Shown here piece after piece: positions 56,090 through 64,000 of a DNA stretch of 64,000 nt. Below the pieces are notes generated by a model. The model saw nothing but the letters and a program-made list of their open reading frames with translations, did no database searches and was not told the origin of the DNA. The stretch spans positions 2,293 to 66,292 of the forward strand of contig JBHELG010000108.1 of NCBI GenBank assembly GCA_046263195.1. Reading direction: 5' to 3'. The position numbers and the translations under genes are program-made. Numbering within the stretch: the stretch's first letter is position 1; each line of letters starts with the position of its first letter. The stretch comes from Nitriliruptorales bacterium (GTDB lineage Bacteria > Actinomycetota > Nitriliruptoria > Nitriliruptorales > JAHWKO01).

Positions 56090-56910
56090 ACCTGGACCTG
56101 GAAATCCCGCAACACCTCGTTCAGAGTCGTCTTGCGGTCCGTGGACTCCGTCCGCTCACCGACCACGAGGGCGCAGGGCAACTCGTAGGTGCCGGCGGGA
56201 AAGCTCTTCGGCCGTGTGCCAGGTACCACTACCGCACGAGCCGGTACCCGTCCCCGGTAGGTCACGGGCTGCGATCCCGTGACGTCGATGATCGGGGTGG
56301 ACGAGGTGATGACCGTGTTCGCGCCGATCACCGCTTCCCGACCGACGAGCGTCCCCTCGACGATGACACAGCGGGAACCGATGAAGGCACCGTCCTCGAT
56401 GATCACCGGTCGCGCGGACAGCGGCTCGAGCACCCCTCCTATCCCAACCCCGCCCGAGAGGTGCACGTCGCGGCCGATCTGTGCACAGGACCCCACGGTG
56501 GCCCACGTGTCGACCATGGACCCGGCCCCGACCCGGGCACCGATGTTCACGTAGCTGGGCATGAGGACGACGCCTCGTTCGAGGAACGACCCGTATCGCG
56601 CCACCGCCGGCGGCACGACCCGCACTCCGGCTGCCGCGAAGCCCTGCTTGACCGGGATCTTGTCGTGATACTCGAACGGCCCGACCTCCATGACCCGCAT
56701 CTGCGCGACGGCGAAATAGAGGAGGATCGCCTGCTTCACCCAGTCGTGCACGGTCCACTCGCCGTCAGCCTCCTGGCTCGCAACCCGCACCTGGCCCTCG
56801 TCGAGCAGGGTGAGCGTGTCGTGGACGGCACGTTGCACTTCCGAGGCTCTCCAGGCATTGCCAGCGGCCTCGTATGCCTCACGTATCGTCTCTCGAAGGT
56901 CGTCGGTCAA
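56086..56910 (-). CDS. dapD: 2,3,4,5-tetrahydropyridine-2,6-dicarboxylate N-succinyltransferase
   Basis: ORF 56086..56910(-). TTG start behind GGTGGGAGGGA. Left-handed beta-helix hexapeptide repeats (NIGARVGAGSMVDTWATVGSCAQIGRDVHLSGGVGIGG). Confidence 0.85.
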   Translation of the reverse strand: MTDDLRETIREAYEAAGNAWRASEVQRAVHDTLTLLDEGQVRVASQEADGEWTVHDWVKQAILLYFAVAQMRVMEVGPFEYHDKIPVKQGFAAAGVRVVPPAVARYGSFLERGVVLMPSYVNIGARVGAGSMVDTWATVGSCAQIGRDVHLSGGVGIGGVLEPLSARPVIIEDGAFIGSRCVIVEGTLVGREAVIGANTVITSSTPIIDVTGSQPVTYRGRVPARAVVVPGTRPKSFPAGTYELPCALVVGERTESTDRKTTLNEVLRDFQVQV

Positions 56911-56981
56911 GGGCAGGTCCCTCCCACCTTCGGGCGACGCTCGCCTCGGCCCGTGGCACGTCGAACGCTACCCGCTCTGGT

Positions 56982-58157
56982 TCACACTGGGAGCCTGCCT
57001 GCGAGCAGGGCTTCGTTCCAGCGTTCCACTGCCGCAGCGCATTCCGAGACGGTCGGCGAGAGGGCCAGCCGCACCCATCCGGCCCCGCTCGGACCGAACG
57101 CCCGCCCTGAGGAGGCGAGGATGCGCTCGTGAAGCAGCGCCTCCACGTAGCCGACGTCGTCGCCCCGCGGGGCGCGGAACCAGACGTAGAAGGTGGCCGC
57201 ACTGCCCGAGACCTCCAGCCCGATGCCTTTCAGGAAGGGCAGGACGATCGCGCGCTTCTCGGCGAAGACGCGTCGGCGTGCCTCGACGTGTTCCTGGTCC
57301 GACCATGCCGCCACCGCCGCCGCCTGGACGAAGGTCGGAGAGGCGGTTCCGACGTTGGGACGGAGCAACCTCAGCCGGCCGATGAGTTGGGGGTCACCGA
57401 CCACGGCGCCACAGCGGTAGCCCGTCATCCCCGAGCGCTTCGACAGCGACACGAAGGCGAGAACCCCGGTCAGGTCGCCGTCGAGGGCTTCGAGGATAGA
57501 GGCGGGAGGGGAGTCGAACCAGATCTCCTGGTAGCACTCGTCGGAGCAGATCAGGATGTCATGGGTGCGGGCGGTCTCCACCTGTCGACGGTAGTAGTCG
57601 ACGTCGACCGCGGCCCCCGTGGGATTGTGGGGATAGTTCACCCAGGCGATGCAGGCACGCTCGAGCTGCCGTGATGCCAAGGAGTCGAGTTCGAGACGCC
57701 AACCGCGGTCGGAGGTGAGCGTCACCGGGTCAGATTCCCCGCCTGCGAACAGGGTTCCGCGTTCGTACACCGGATACCCGGGCTCCCCCCATAGGACGTG
57801 GCGCCGCGGCCCGTGGGGATCGATGACCGCCAGCGGCAGGTGGAAGATCGCCTCCTTACTGCCGGCGCTCGGCATGATGTGCGCATCGGGCTCGACGGAG
57901 ACCCCGTGACGACGTTCCAGCCACGCGGCGATGGCCTCGCGCAGTTCCCGCCGGCCGGCCGCAGTCGGATAGCGGCTGACCGGCGGCACGGACTCGACGA
58001 GCGCACGGCGAATGAACGCCGGCGTCGGCTCGACGGGGTCACCTATCGAGAAGTCGTAGAAAGGCCCGCCCTCAGCCCGCAGAACCTGGGCGAGCTCCTG
58101 CAGGGGTGCGAGCGGGTAGTCGCCGAGGCGGTCGAGGGCGGGGTTCGAGGTGACCAT
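56982..58157 (-). CDS. dapC: Class I/II aminotransferase, probable N-succinyldiaminopimelate aminotransferase
   Basis: In ORF 56982..58661(-). ATG 58157 (MVTSNPALDRLGDYPLAPL). Motifs NYPHNPTG and PLP-lysine region SLSKRSGMTGYR. The DapC call is supported only by adjacency to dapD and dapE. Confidence 0.7.
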   Translation of the reverse strand: MVTSNPALDRLGDYPLAPLQELAQVLRAEGGPFYDFSIGDPVEPTPAFIRRALVESVPPVSRYPTAAGRRELREAIAAWLERRHGVSVEPDAHIMPSAGSKEAIFHLPLAVIDPHGPRRHVLWGEPGYPVYERGTLFAGGESDPVTLTSDRGWRLELDSLASRQLERACIAWVNYPHNPTGAAVDVDYYRRQVETARTHDILICSDECYQEIWFDSPPASILEALDGDLTGVLAFVSLSKRSGMTGYRCGAVVGDPQLIGRLRLLRPNVGTASPTFVQAAAVAAWSDQEHVEARRRVFAEKRAIVLPFLKGIGLEVSGSAATFYVWFRAPRGDDVGYVEALLHERILASSGRAFGPSGAGWVRLALSPTVSECAAAVERWNEALLAGRLPV

Positions 58158-58293
58158 GGCCGGGAGGGTACGCGAGTGTGAGGAAGAGGCCGAAAAGGTT
58201 CTCCGAGCGGTTCCGGGGCGACAAGCTGCATTGCGCTGCCCCGCCTGTGAGCCGCCCCACGGTGGCAGGCCTACTGCCGTGTAATCTGAGGCC

Positions 58294-59520
58294 GTGGAAG
58301 ATCGCCGTACCCTCCTCGTGCGCATCTCCGGACGCGACCAGCCGGGTATCACTGCTGCACTGTTGAGTCTGCTCGCCGCGGACGGTGTCGACGTCGACGA
58401 CATCGAGCAGGTCACGACCCGTAACCGGCTCACCCTCGACGTCGTCGTGGCGTTGCCGGAGAGCGATGTAGCGCTGAAGGACCTGCTCTTTCTCGGCTGG
58501 GAGCGGGGACTCAGCATCGACTTCGAGGTCGTCGAACCGAGTGTGGCGCAGCCGCTCTTCCGCCATGCCCTCACCGTGATCGGTCTTCCCCTCACCACAG
58601 CTGCACTCGCTGCCGTGGCGGGAGAGATCGCGGCCGCGGGCGCGAACATCGATCGCATCACCAGGCTGTCCCGTCACCCGGTGGTCAGCTACGAGCTGGT
58701 CGTCTCCGGCGGAGACGTGGACGGCCTGCGAGCGCGTCTCGTGGCCGTATCGGCCGAGCAGGGCATCGACATTGCCGTGCAGCGCGAAGGCCTCGAGCGG
58801 CGTGCGAAGCGGCTGGTGGTCATGGACGTCGACTCGACTCTCATCCAGGATGAGGCGATCGAACTGCTGGCGCGTGAGGCCGGACGCGAGGATGCCGTCG
58901 CAGTCATCACCGAGCGCGCCATGGCTGGGGACATGGACTTCGAAGCTGCGCTGCGGGCGCGGGTCGAACTGCTCGCGGGTCTCGACCTCGCAAGCGTCGA
59001 GCGGGTGCGGGAACGTCTCCGCCTCACACCGGGAGCGCGCACGTTCCTCCGCACACTCAAGAGATTGGGCTATCGACTGGCGCTGGTTTCGGGCGGGTTC
59101 ACCGTCTTCACCGATGTGCTGCGGGCCGAGCTCGGCATTGATCACGCTTTCGCCAACCAGCTCGAGGTCGTCGACGGTCGACTGACAGGACGTCTCGTAG
59201 GGCCGATAGTCGATCGCGTCCGCAAGGCCGAGATCCTCGAGGATGTCGCCGGCCGCGAAGGGGTGCCGCTCGAGCAGGTCGTGGCGATCGGTGACGGGGC
59301 GAACGACCTCGACATGCTCGCCCGGGCCGGTCTCGGCATAGCGTTCAACGCCAAGCCGATCGTGCGTGAAGCCGCGGACACAGCCGTCTCCGTGCCCTAC
59401 CTCGACGCAGTCCTCTTCGTCCTCGGTATTCGCCGCGACGATATCGACCTGGCCGATGACGAGGAGAGTGGCCCTCACGGGCTGGCCACCGTTACCGGAG
59501 ACGCCAGGCCCGGCGTCTAG
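58294..59520 (+). CDS. serB: Phosphoserine phosphatase with two N-terminal ACT domains
   Basis: ORF 58294..59520(+). ACT-like LLVRISGRDQPGITAAL; HAD motifs VVMDVDSTLI, LVSGGF, GDGANDLDML. Confidence 0.85.
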   Translation: MEDRRTLLVRISGRDQPGITAALLSLLAADGVDVDDIEQVTTRNRLTLDVVVALPESDVALKDLLFLGWERGLSIDFEVVEPSVAQPLFRHALTVIGLPLTTAALAAVAGEIAAAGANIDRITRLSRHPVVSYELVVSGGDVDGLRARLVAVSAEQGIDIAVQREGLERRAKRLVVMDVDSTLIQDEAIELLAREAGREDAVAVITERAMAGDMDFEAALRARVELLAGLDLASVERVRERLRLTPGARTFLRTLKRLGYRLALVSGGFTVFTDVLRAELGIDHAFANQLEVVDGRLTGRLVGPIVDRVRKAEILEDVAGREGVPLEQVVAIGDGANDLDMLARAGLGIAFNAKPIVREAADTAVSVPYLDAVLFVLGIRRDDIDLADDEESGPHGLATVTGDARPGV

Positions 59521-59540
59521 CTCCGTGGCTGCAGATCGCC

Positions 59541-60491
59541 CTATTGCCGCGCCGGGAAGAGCTCATCGAGACGGTGGAGGAGGTCATCGCCGAGGCGCAG
59601 ATCGGCGGCAGCCGCGTTCTCGTCGACCTGCTCGGGCCGGCTGGCGCCGAAGATCGCGCCCGCCACTCCGTCGCTGTGGAGGGTCCACGCGAGGGCGAGT
59701 TGAGCCGGGGTGGCCCCGATCTCCGCCGCTATCTCCACGAATCGCTCGACCTTGTGAAGAGCTTCCTCATCCAGCAGTCGGTCCATGAAGCGACGATCGC
59801 CGCTCGCCGCCCGGGAGCCGGCCGGGAAATCACCGTGCCGGTACTTGCCGCTGAGCACGCCCTGGGCGAGCGGGCTGAACACGACCTGGTCGAGCCCGTA
59901 CTCCCTGCAGATCGGCAGTACCCGCTTCTCTATGCCGCGTTCCAGCAGCGAGTACGGGGGCTGGTTGCTGATCGGTCTCGGCACGTTCAAGGCGTCAGCG
60001 AGCAGGCAGGCTGCGACGATGCGTTCCGGCGGCCAGTGGGACACGCCCCAGTACAGGATCTTTCCGTTCGCGACGAGATCCCCCATGGTCCGCACGATCT
60101 CCTCGGTGGGCGTCTCCTCGTCGTAGCGGTGGCACTGGTAGAGGTCCACGTAGTCGGTCCGCAACCGGCGCAGTGAGGCGTCGATGGATTCCGTGACGTG
60201 CTTTCGGGAGAGTCCCCGGTCGTTCACATCGTCACTCATGGGGAAGTACACCTTCGTCGCGAGCACGATGTGGTGACGCTCGCGACCGGTCAGGAACTCG
60301 CCGACGACCTGCTCCGCTCGGCCGGAGTTGTAGACATCCGCCGTGTCGATGACGTTGACACCCGAGTCCAGCGCGAGACCGAGGCAGCGACGGGCTACCT
60401 CGTCGCTCACGGCGCGCCCCACCGTCAGCCAGGTGCCAAAGCAGAGGACGCTCACCTTCAGCCCGCTATGACCGAGGCGTACATAGCGCAC
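59541..60491 (-). CDS. Aldo/keto reductase
   Basis: In ORF 59541..60743(-). GTG 60491 lies 5 nt after AGGAG and gives (M)RYVRLGHSGLKVSVLCFGTW. Motifs IDTADVYN and LATKVY. Confidence 0.8.
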   Translation of the reverse strand: MRYVRLGHSGLKVSVLCFGTWLTVGRAVSDEVARRCLGLALDSGVNVIDTADVYNSGRAEQVVGEFLTGRERHHIVLATKVYFPMSDDVNDRGLSRKHVTESIDASLRRLRTDYVDLYQCHRYDEETPTEEIVRTMGDLVANGKILYWGVSHWPPERIVAACLLADALNVPRPISNQPPYSLLERGIEKRVLPICREYGLDQVVFSPLAQGVLSGKYRHGDFPAGSRAASGDRRFMDRLLDEEALHKVERFVEIAAEIGATPAQLALAWTLHSDGVAGAIFGASRPEQVDENAAAADLRLGDDLLHRLDELFPARQ

Positions 60492-60729
60492 AACCGCTCC
60501 TATCCCGCCGATGAGTAGCGGCTCCCCATCTGGCTGCCACCCTTGGCGCCTCGCCCCGCCAAGAGTGGCTCGACCAGGATCACGACACTGACGGGAGAAC
60601 TCCGGGGACAATAGGCGGCTAGGATGGATGCTGTTGCACAACTCGAGGCTCCAGCAGGAGTCGTCTCCCCAGCGACCAGCACGTTTCGCTTCCGCCGCCG
60701 TCTCAGACCTCGTCGCACCGGAGAGCAGC

Positions 60730-61533
60730 GTGTCCCGAGTCACCGTCTACCACCTGACTGCCCCTGCTCGGCTCCCGCTCATCGAGAAGGAGGGCCTACG
60801 CACGCGAGCAGATCTCAGTAACCGACTCGGCCCCCCCGGAGCCGAGGACGAGGCGGCCCCCGGACGCTACGCCCACGGGCGGCGGGTATCCGCCTACCTC
60901 TCGCTCGAGCATGCGCAGGCGCGGGCAGGGGAACTCGGACCCGGGCTCGTGACGTTCACAGTCGACCCTGAAAAGGTCATTGCCGCGCCCTCCTCGGCCC
61001 GGCGCGGAGCCCCCGCCGCCTACTGGGCGTCCGCCCGCGTACTGCGTGACTGGCTCGACGAGGGCTCTCCTCCCGACGACCTCGAGGTGCACCAGAATGT
61101 GCCGGTCCGGGCCAAGCACGTGCGTATCCAACCGGCCCTGCTCGAACCTGACGACCTGGGGGACTACGCGTCTCTCGTCGCCGCTGTCGCCGACGCGGAC
61201 CGGCTCTCCGCCAAAGCGCTCATGCACCTGGCCATTATCGCGAGCGGTGGCGACTTCGAGTCACCCGAGTTCCTTGCCGCGGTGACCCTGGCCTGGCGGG
61301 CGGAGCCTGACCCTGAGTCGCTGGCACGAGAGCTCATGGAAACCGGTGCCGACAAGGTTGCCTCGGCCGCTCTCGCCGAGTACGGGGCGACGGCCCCGGA
61401 GGCGGCCCAGCGTCTGCGTGACACCCTCGAGCAGACCCGAGTCTGGTCTGAGGAGCAGGGGCTGGAGCCAGGTCGGGGACTGCTCTTGGGCAGCTCGAGC
61501 GTGCTCGAGGGCCTGACGGCCGCCCAGGTGTAG
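60730..61533 (+). CDS. Hypothetical protein; N-terminal half has an ADP-ribosyltransferase-like H..Y..E motif pattern (speculative)
   Basis: In ORF 60628..61533. GTG 60730 lies 5 nt after GGAGAG. Motifs VTVYHLTAPARLPLIEKEGL, RRVSAYLS, DLEVHQNVPVRAKHV. The C-terminal half is Ala/Glu/Leu-rich and helical. No family recognised with confidence. Confidence 0.5.
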   Translation: MSRVTVYHLTAPARLPLIEKEGLRTRADLSNRLGPPGAEDEAAPGRYAHGRRVSAYLSLEHAQARAGELGPGLVTFTVDPEKVIAAPSSARRGAPAAYWASARVLRDWLDEGSPPDDLEVHQNVPVRAKHVRIQPALLEPDDLGDYASLVAAVADADRLSAKALMHLAIIASGGDFESPEFLAAVTLAWRAEPDPESLARELMETGADKVASAALAEYGATAPEAAQRLRDTLEQTRVWSEEQGLEPGRGLLLGSSSVLEGLTAAQV

Positions 61534-61537
61534 ATGC

Positions 61538-61741
61538 TCAGAGGGTGACGATGCCGATGTTCGTGACGCTCTTGCTTCCCTCTGTGTCGACCTCGAAGCG
61601 TACGCGCTGACCGAGGCGCAACTCGCGCAAGCCTGACTTCGCGAAGGCTTCACGGTCGACCAGCAGCTCGTTCAGCGCGTCGTCGAGTACGACCGCCGTC
61701 TTCGTCATGGGGTCGAAGCTCTTCACGGTTCCCTGAGGCAA
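61538..61741 (-). CDS. Small cold-shock-domain-like protein lacking the RNP1 aromatic motif
   Basis: In ORF 61538..61891(-). TTG 61741 lies 7 nt after GGAGG and gives a 67-aa product, (M)PQGTVKSFDPMTKTAVVLDD...GQRVRFEV...VTNI. Size and layout resemble CspA, but KGFGFI is replaced by TKTAVV. Confidence 0.45.
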   Translation of the reverse strand: MPQGTVKSFDPMTKTAVVLDDALNELLVDREAFAKSGLRELRLGQRVRFEVDTEGSKSVTNIGIVTL

Positions 61742-61854
61742 CCATCGACCTCCGTCTCGCAGGCGCAGGATAATGTCGGTCGCCGGCCCCTGGTCACTGC
61801 GGCGGGTGGGGCGGGATAGCCTCGATCGGGAGAGGCCGGAGAGCGAGGACACCC

Positions 61855-62235
61855 GTGGTCGATGATCGCAGGTCGCAAGGGAGCCGGGCACGTAGCGAGT
61901 CGGAGCGCAGCGGCGCGCGGGAGGCGGCGCCGACTGAACCTGCTGTCGCTCATCGCACGCCTTTCACGCAACAAGTCGGCCGGGTCATCGTGGGGGTCGC
62001 TGCGGTTCTGTTTCTCGTCTTCGCGTTCGTGAACAGCCAGCGGGTCACCTTCGATTGGATCTTTGGCGAGACGGAGGCGATGACGACCCCGGAAGGAGTC
62101 ATCGGCGGCGTTCCCCTGATCGTGCTCCTGCTCGGTGCCTTCCTCCTGGGCGCCGTGGTAGGTGCCGGGCTGCTCTGGCGTACCCAACGGACCATCCAGG
62201 CTCCCGCAAGACCGCGCCGTACCAGCCGCCCGTGA
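61855..62235 (+). CDS. Small membrane protein, LapA/DUF1049-like
   Basis: ORF 61855..62235(+). GTG lies 5 nt after GAGGA. Two TM helices (VIVGVAAVLFLVFAFV and VPLIVLLLGAFLLGAVVGAGLL) flank NSQRVTFDW. Confidence 0.45.
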   Translation: MVDDRRSQGSRARSESERSGAREAAPTEPAVAHRTPFTQQVGRVIVGVAAVLFLVFAFVNSQRVTFDWIFGETEAMTTPEGVIGGVPLIVLLLGAFLLGAVVGAGLLWRTQRTIQAPARPRRTSRP

Positions 62236-62450
62236 GGGCGCGACGCAGGAGCGATGCGAGAGGAACCGCCTCAGGACTCCGGGAGACCGAGGAGCGTCTT
62301 GGCTTGCTTAGGACGCGACGGAGGCCCGGACGAGTTATGGCAGTGACGGAGCTATCCACTGAGCGGCACGACACGGCCAACGGTGAGATCATGCCCGGAA
62401 CGGCAGCACGAACTGGACGCGTCCGTTCGTGACGAGAAGGGATCAGGGCT

Positions 62451-63125
62451 TTGGAGTGGGAGCCGTTCATCCGCCTCATCGCTGCGGCCGGGTTCGCGGG
62501 CGCGATCGGCCTGGACCGTGAGCTGCGAGCGAAGCCGGCGGGGCTACGGACGAACATCGTAGTGGGCGTGGCGGCTGGAGCTTTCGCCTACGCCGGACTG
62601 AACTCCTTCCCCGCGGGGGATCCCAGCCGGGTGGCCTCGCAGATCGTGTCAGGGATCGGGTTTCTGGGTGGGGGGGCCATCTTCGCCGCCGGCGGCAGGC
62701 CACACGGTCTGACCACGGCCGCTGCATTGTGGGGCTCGGCGGCCGCCGGTCTGGCCGCGGGGGTGGGGGACTACATGACGGGCTTTGCCCTCGTCGCCGT
62801 CACCGTCCTCGCGTTGTGGCCCTTGGACTGGGTGGCAAGCTCACTGCTCGCCAGCCGCCGTCGCACTGACATGCGTCTCGCCGTGGTCGTCCGCGATCTC
62901 GCCGCAGCGAGCACGGTCCGGGCCCTACTGCACGAAGCCGGGGTTCGCATCGACCATCTGGACATGCGCCCCTTCGGCGACGAGCATGTCGCCGTGGAGC
63001 TGGCGGTGCACGCCACCCGCCCGCAGCTGGCCGGGGCCATCGCCGCTCTGCGGGTCAGGGATGACGTGCTGTTCATATCGGAGGAGGCTGTTCCCGGCGA
63101 GGAGGGAGCGGCCATCGAACGCTGA
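62451..63125 (+). CDS. mgtC: MgtC/SapB family membrane protein
   Basis: ORF 62451..63125(+), TTG start. Motifs GAIGLDRELRAKPAGLRTNIVV, SQIVSGIGFLGGGAIF, GLTTAAALWGSAAAGLAAG. ACT-like C-terminal domain. Confidence 0.8.
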   Translation: MEWEPFIRLIAAAGFAGAIGLDRELRAKPAGLRTNIVVGVAAGAFAYAGLNSFPAGDPSRVASQIVSGIGFLGGGAIFAAGGRPHGLTTAAALWGSAAAGLAAGVGDYMTGFALVAVTVLALWPLDWVASSLLASRRRTDMRLAVVVRDLAAASTVRALLHEAGVRIDHLDMRPFGDEHVAVELAVHATRPQLAGAIAALRVRDDVLFISEEAVPGEEGAAIER

Positions 63126-63185
63126 CCCTGCCCACCGAAGCGTCGTGGTGGTCGGCCCAGCACTTCATCGACGGGCCTACCACCT

Positions 63186-63926
63186 TCAACGGGCAGTCTC
63201 GAGGCGTGGGCCAATGCACTGGAGGAAGCCCGCGGTTGCGGCGCCGACATGACCCTGCGACAGAGCCCGCAGGTCCGACCACGTGTCGACGTCGTGGCGA
63301 AAAGCGGCGCGATCAATCGTTGCCGTCTCCAATGCTCTCGCAGCGGCGAGATGCAGGTGCCGGGCCGCCGAACCCGCCCCGAATGCGCTGGGGACCGCCA
63401 GTGGTGGGCGACGCAGCAGCGTGGCGGTGCCCCCGTCCCAAGTGGGGGCTACGACCACCGGTTCTGGCCGCTCGATGACGGCTGCCACGTCGTCCGGGCG
63501 CAGCCGGGGCAGATCGGCCGCGACGACGAGCAGGGACACCTCAGGGCCGAAGTGCCGGCAGGCAGTGTCAACTGCCGTGTCCAGCCCACCGTTACCTGGC
63601 GGGTCGACAATCGCTTCGAGCCCGAACGCTGCAACCGAGGTGGCCGCCTGCGGTCCGGACGCCGCCACCACTACGCGGTCGAGCGGCACCGATCGCAGTG
63701 CGGCGGTGACGTCCGCCAGCATGGCCAGCGACAGAGCCGCCCGTTCTTGGACATTTAGTTCTGTCCCGAGCCGGGTCTTGCCCATGCCCGGGGATCGCAG
63801 AGGCACCAGCCCGACCACCGGTCCCGAGGCCGAGGACGGCAAGCTGCAACCGGCAGGGAGTTCGGACGTCCCCTCCCAGGTTCGGGGGATCCGCGTCGCG
63901 GGTGAGGGGGAAGATCGGTCGGACAC
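63186..63926 (-). CDS. cofC: 2-phospho-L-lactate (or phosphoenolpyruvate) guanylyltransferase, F420 biosynthesis
   Basis: ORF 63186..63926(-). The start may be GTG 63818. Motifs LVPLRSPGMGKTRLG, LLVVAADLPRL, DGGTATLL. Confidence 0.7.
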   Translation of the reverse strand: MSDRSSPSPATRIPRTWEGTSELPAGCSLPSSASGPVVGLVPLRSPGMGKTRLGTELNVQERAALSLAMLADVTAALRSVPLDRVVVAASGPQAATSVAAFGLEAIVDPPGNGGLDTAVDTACRHFGPEVSLLVVAADLPRLRPDDVAAVIERPEPVVVAPTWDGGTATLLRRPPLAVPSAFGAGSAARHLHLAAARALETATIDRAAFRHDVDTWSDLRALSQGHVGAATAGFLQCIGPRLETAR

Positions 63927-64000
63927 GCGAAGAGCCTACTTGCCCGCGGCCCCATCGGACGCTCCATGCCCGGGTAACGTGCGTGAGGCCTTTGCCTCAG

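Noticed and set aside
62236-62450. Possible M-box (Mg2+) riboswitch or leader peptide in the 215-nt region upstream of mgtC
   Set aside because: Short stretches (CTTAGGA..., CAGTGACGGAGCTATCC, TGCCCGGAACGGC) resemble M-box motifs, but they occur in the wrong order relative to the B. subtilis element as I recall it. The 31-codon ORF from ATG 62336 has no informative codon bias. A covariance-model search (Rfam RF00380) would settle it.
1-64000. Search for CRISPR arrays, rRNA genes, IS elements and further tRNAs
   Set aside because: I saw no regularly spaced direct repeats, no rRNA-like conserved stretches and no transposase-like ORFs. Only the two tRNAs at 38183-38365 could be folded. A tRNA-Sec was looked for because of the selD UGA, but none is present in this window.

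Overview
High-GC, actinobacterial-type chromosomal segment, with strong G/C third-codon bias. It is densely coding on both strands: about 60 protein genes and two tRNAs. I saw no rRNA, CRISPR array, transposase or integrase. All homology calls come from motifs read by eye; no database search was run.

Most of the window is core metabolism and housekeeping:
- leuA-leuC-leuD, leuB-ilvE, cimA, purB
- gltX followed by tRNA-Gln and tRNA-Glu
- nadE, murI, ung, dapE-dapD-dapC, serB, cofC, mgtC
- two two-component systems and a MacB-type ABC module

Four things stand out.
1. 1-5.8 kb holds a senABC-like organoselenium (selenoneine-type) locus. It has an EgtB-family enzyme and a translationally coupled glycosyltransferase. 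Divergently transcribed from them is a selenophosphate synthetase, whose own catalytic residue is an in-frame TGA (predicted selenocysteine), so ORF callers truncate it. Extra partners are a DedA membrane protein, a sulfotransferase and a fourth coupled gene that runs off the window.
2. Two amino-acid-specific leader peptides sit upstream of LeuA-family genes. A Leu-rich one precedes leuA, and its Leu-codon run is complementary to the leuA Shine-Dalgarno. A Thr/Ile-rich one precedes cimA and is followed by two mutually exclusive hairpins.
3. Two glycan loci lie at 26.7-31.2 kb and 39.6-48.7 kb. Including the gene at 4.8 kb, the window has five PAPS-type sulfotransferase genes.
4. Two genes are decayed by clustered single-base indels in homopolymer runs: a sulfotransferase and a CPA2 antiporter-USP fusion. 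The antiporter lies downstream of an intact two-component system.

Smaller observations include a perfect 21-bp tandem duplication with an embedded inverted repeat, a murI gene with no canonical start codon, an HNH endonuclease with four Cys-rich repeats next to the tRNAs, and a hypothetical protein with an ADP-ribosyltransferase-like motif pattern.
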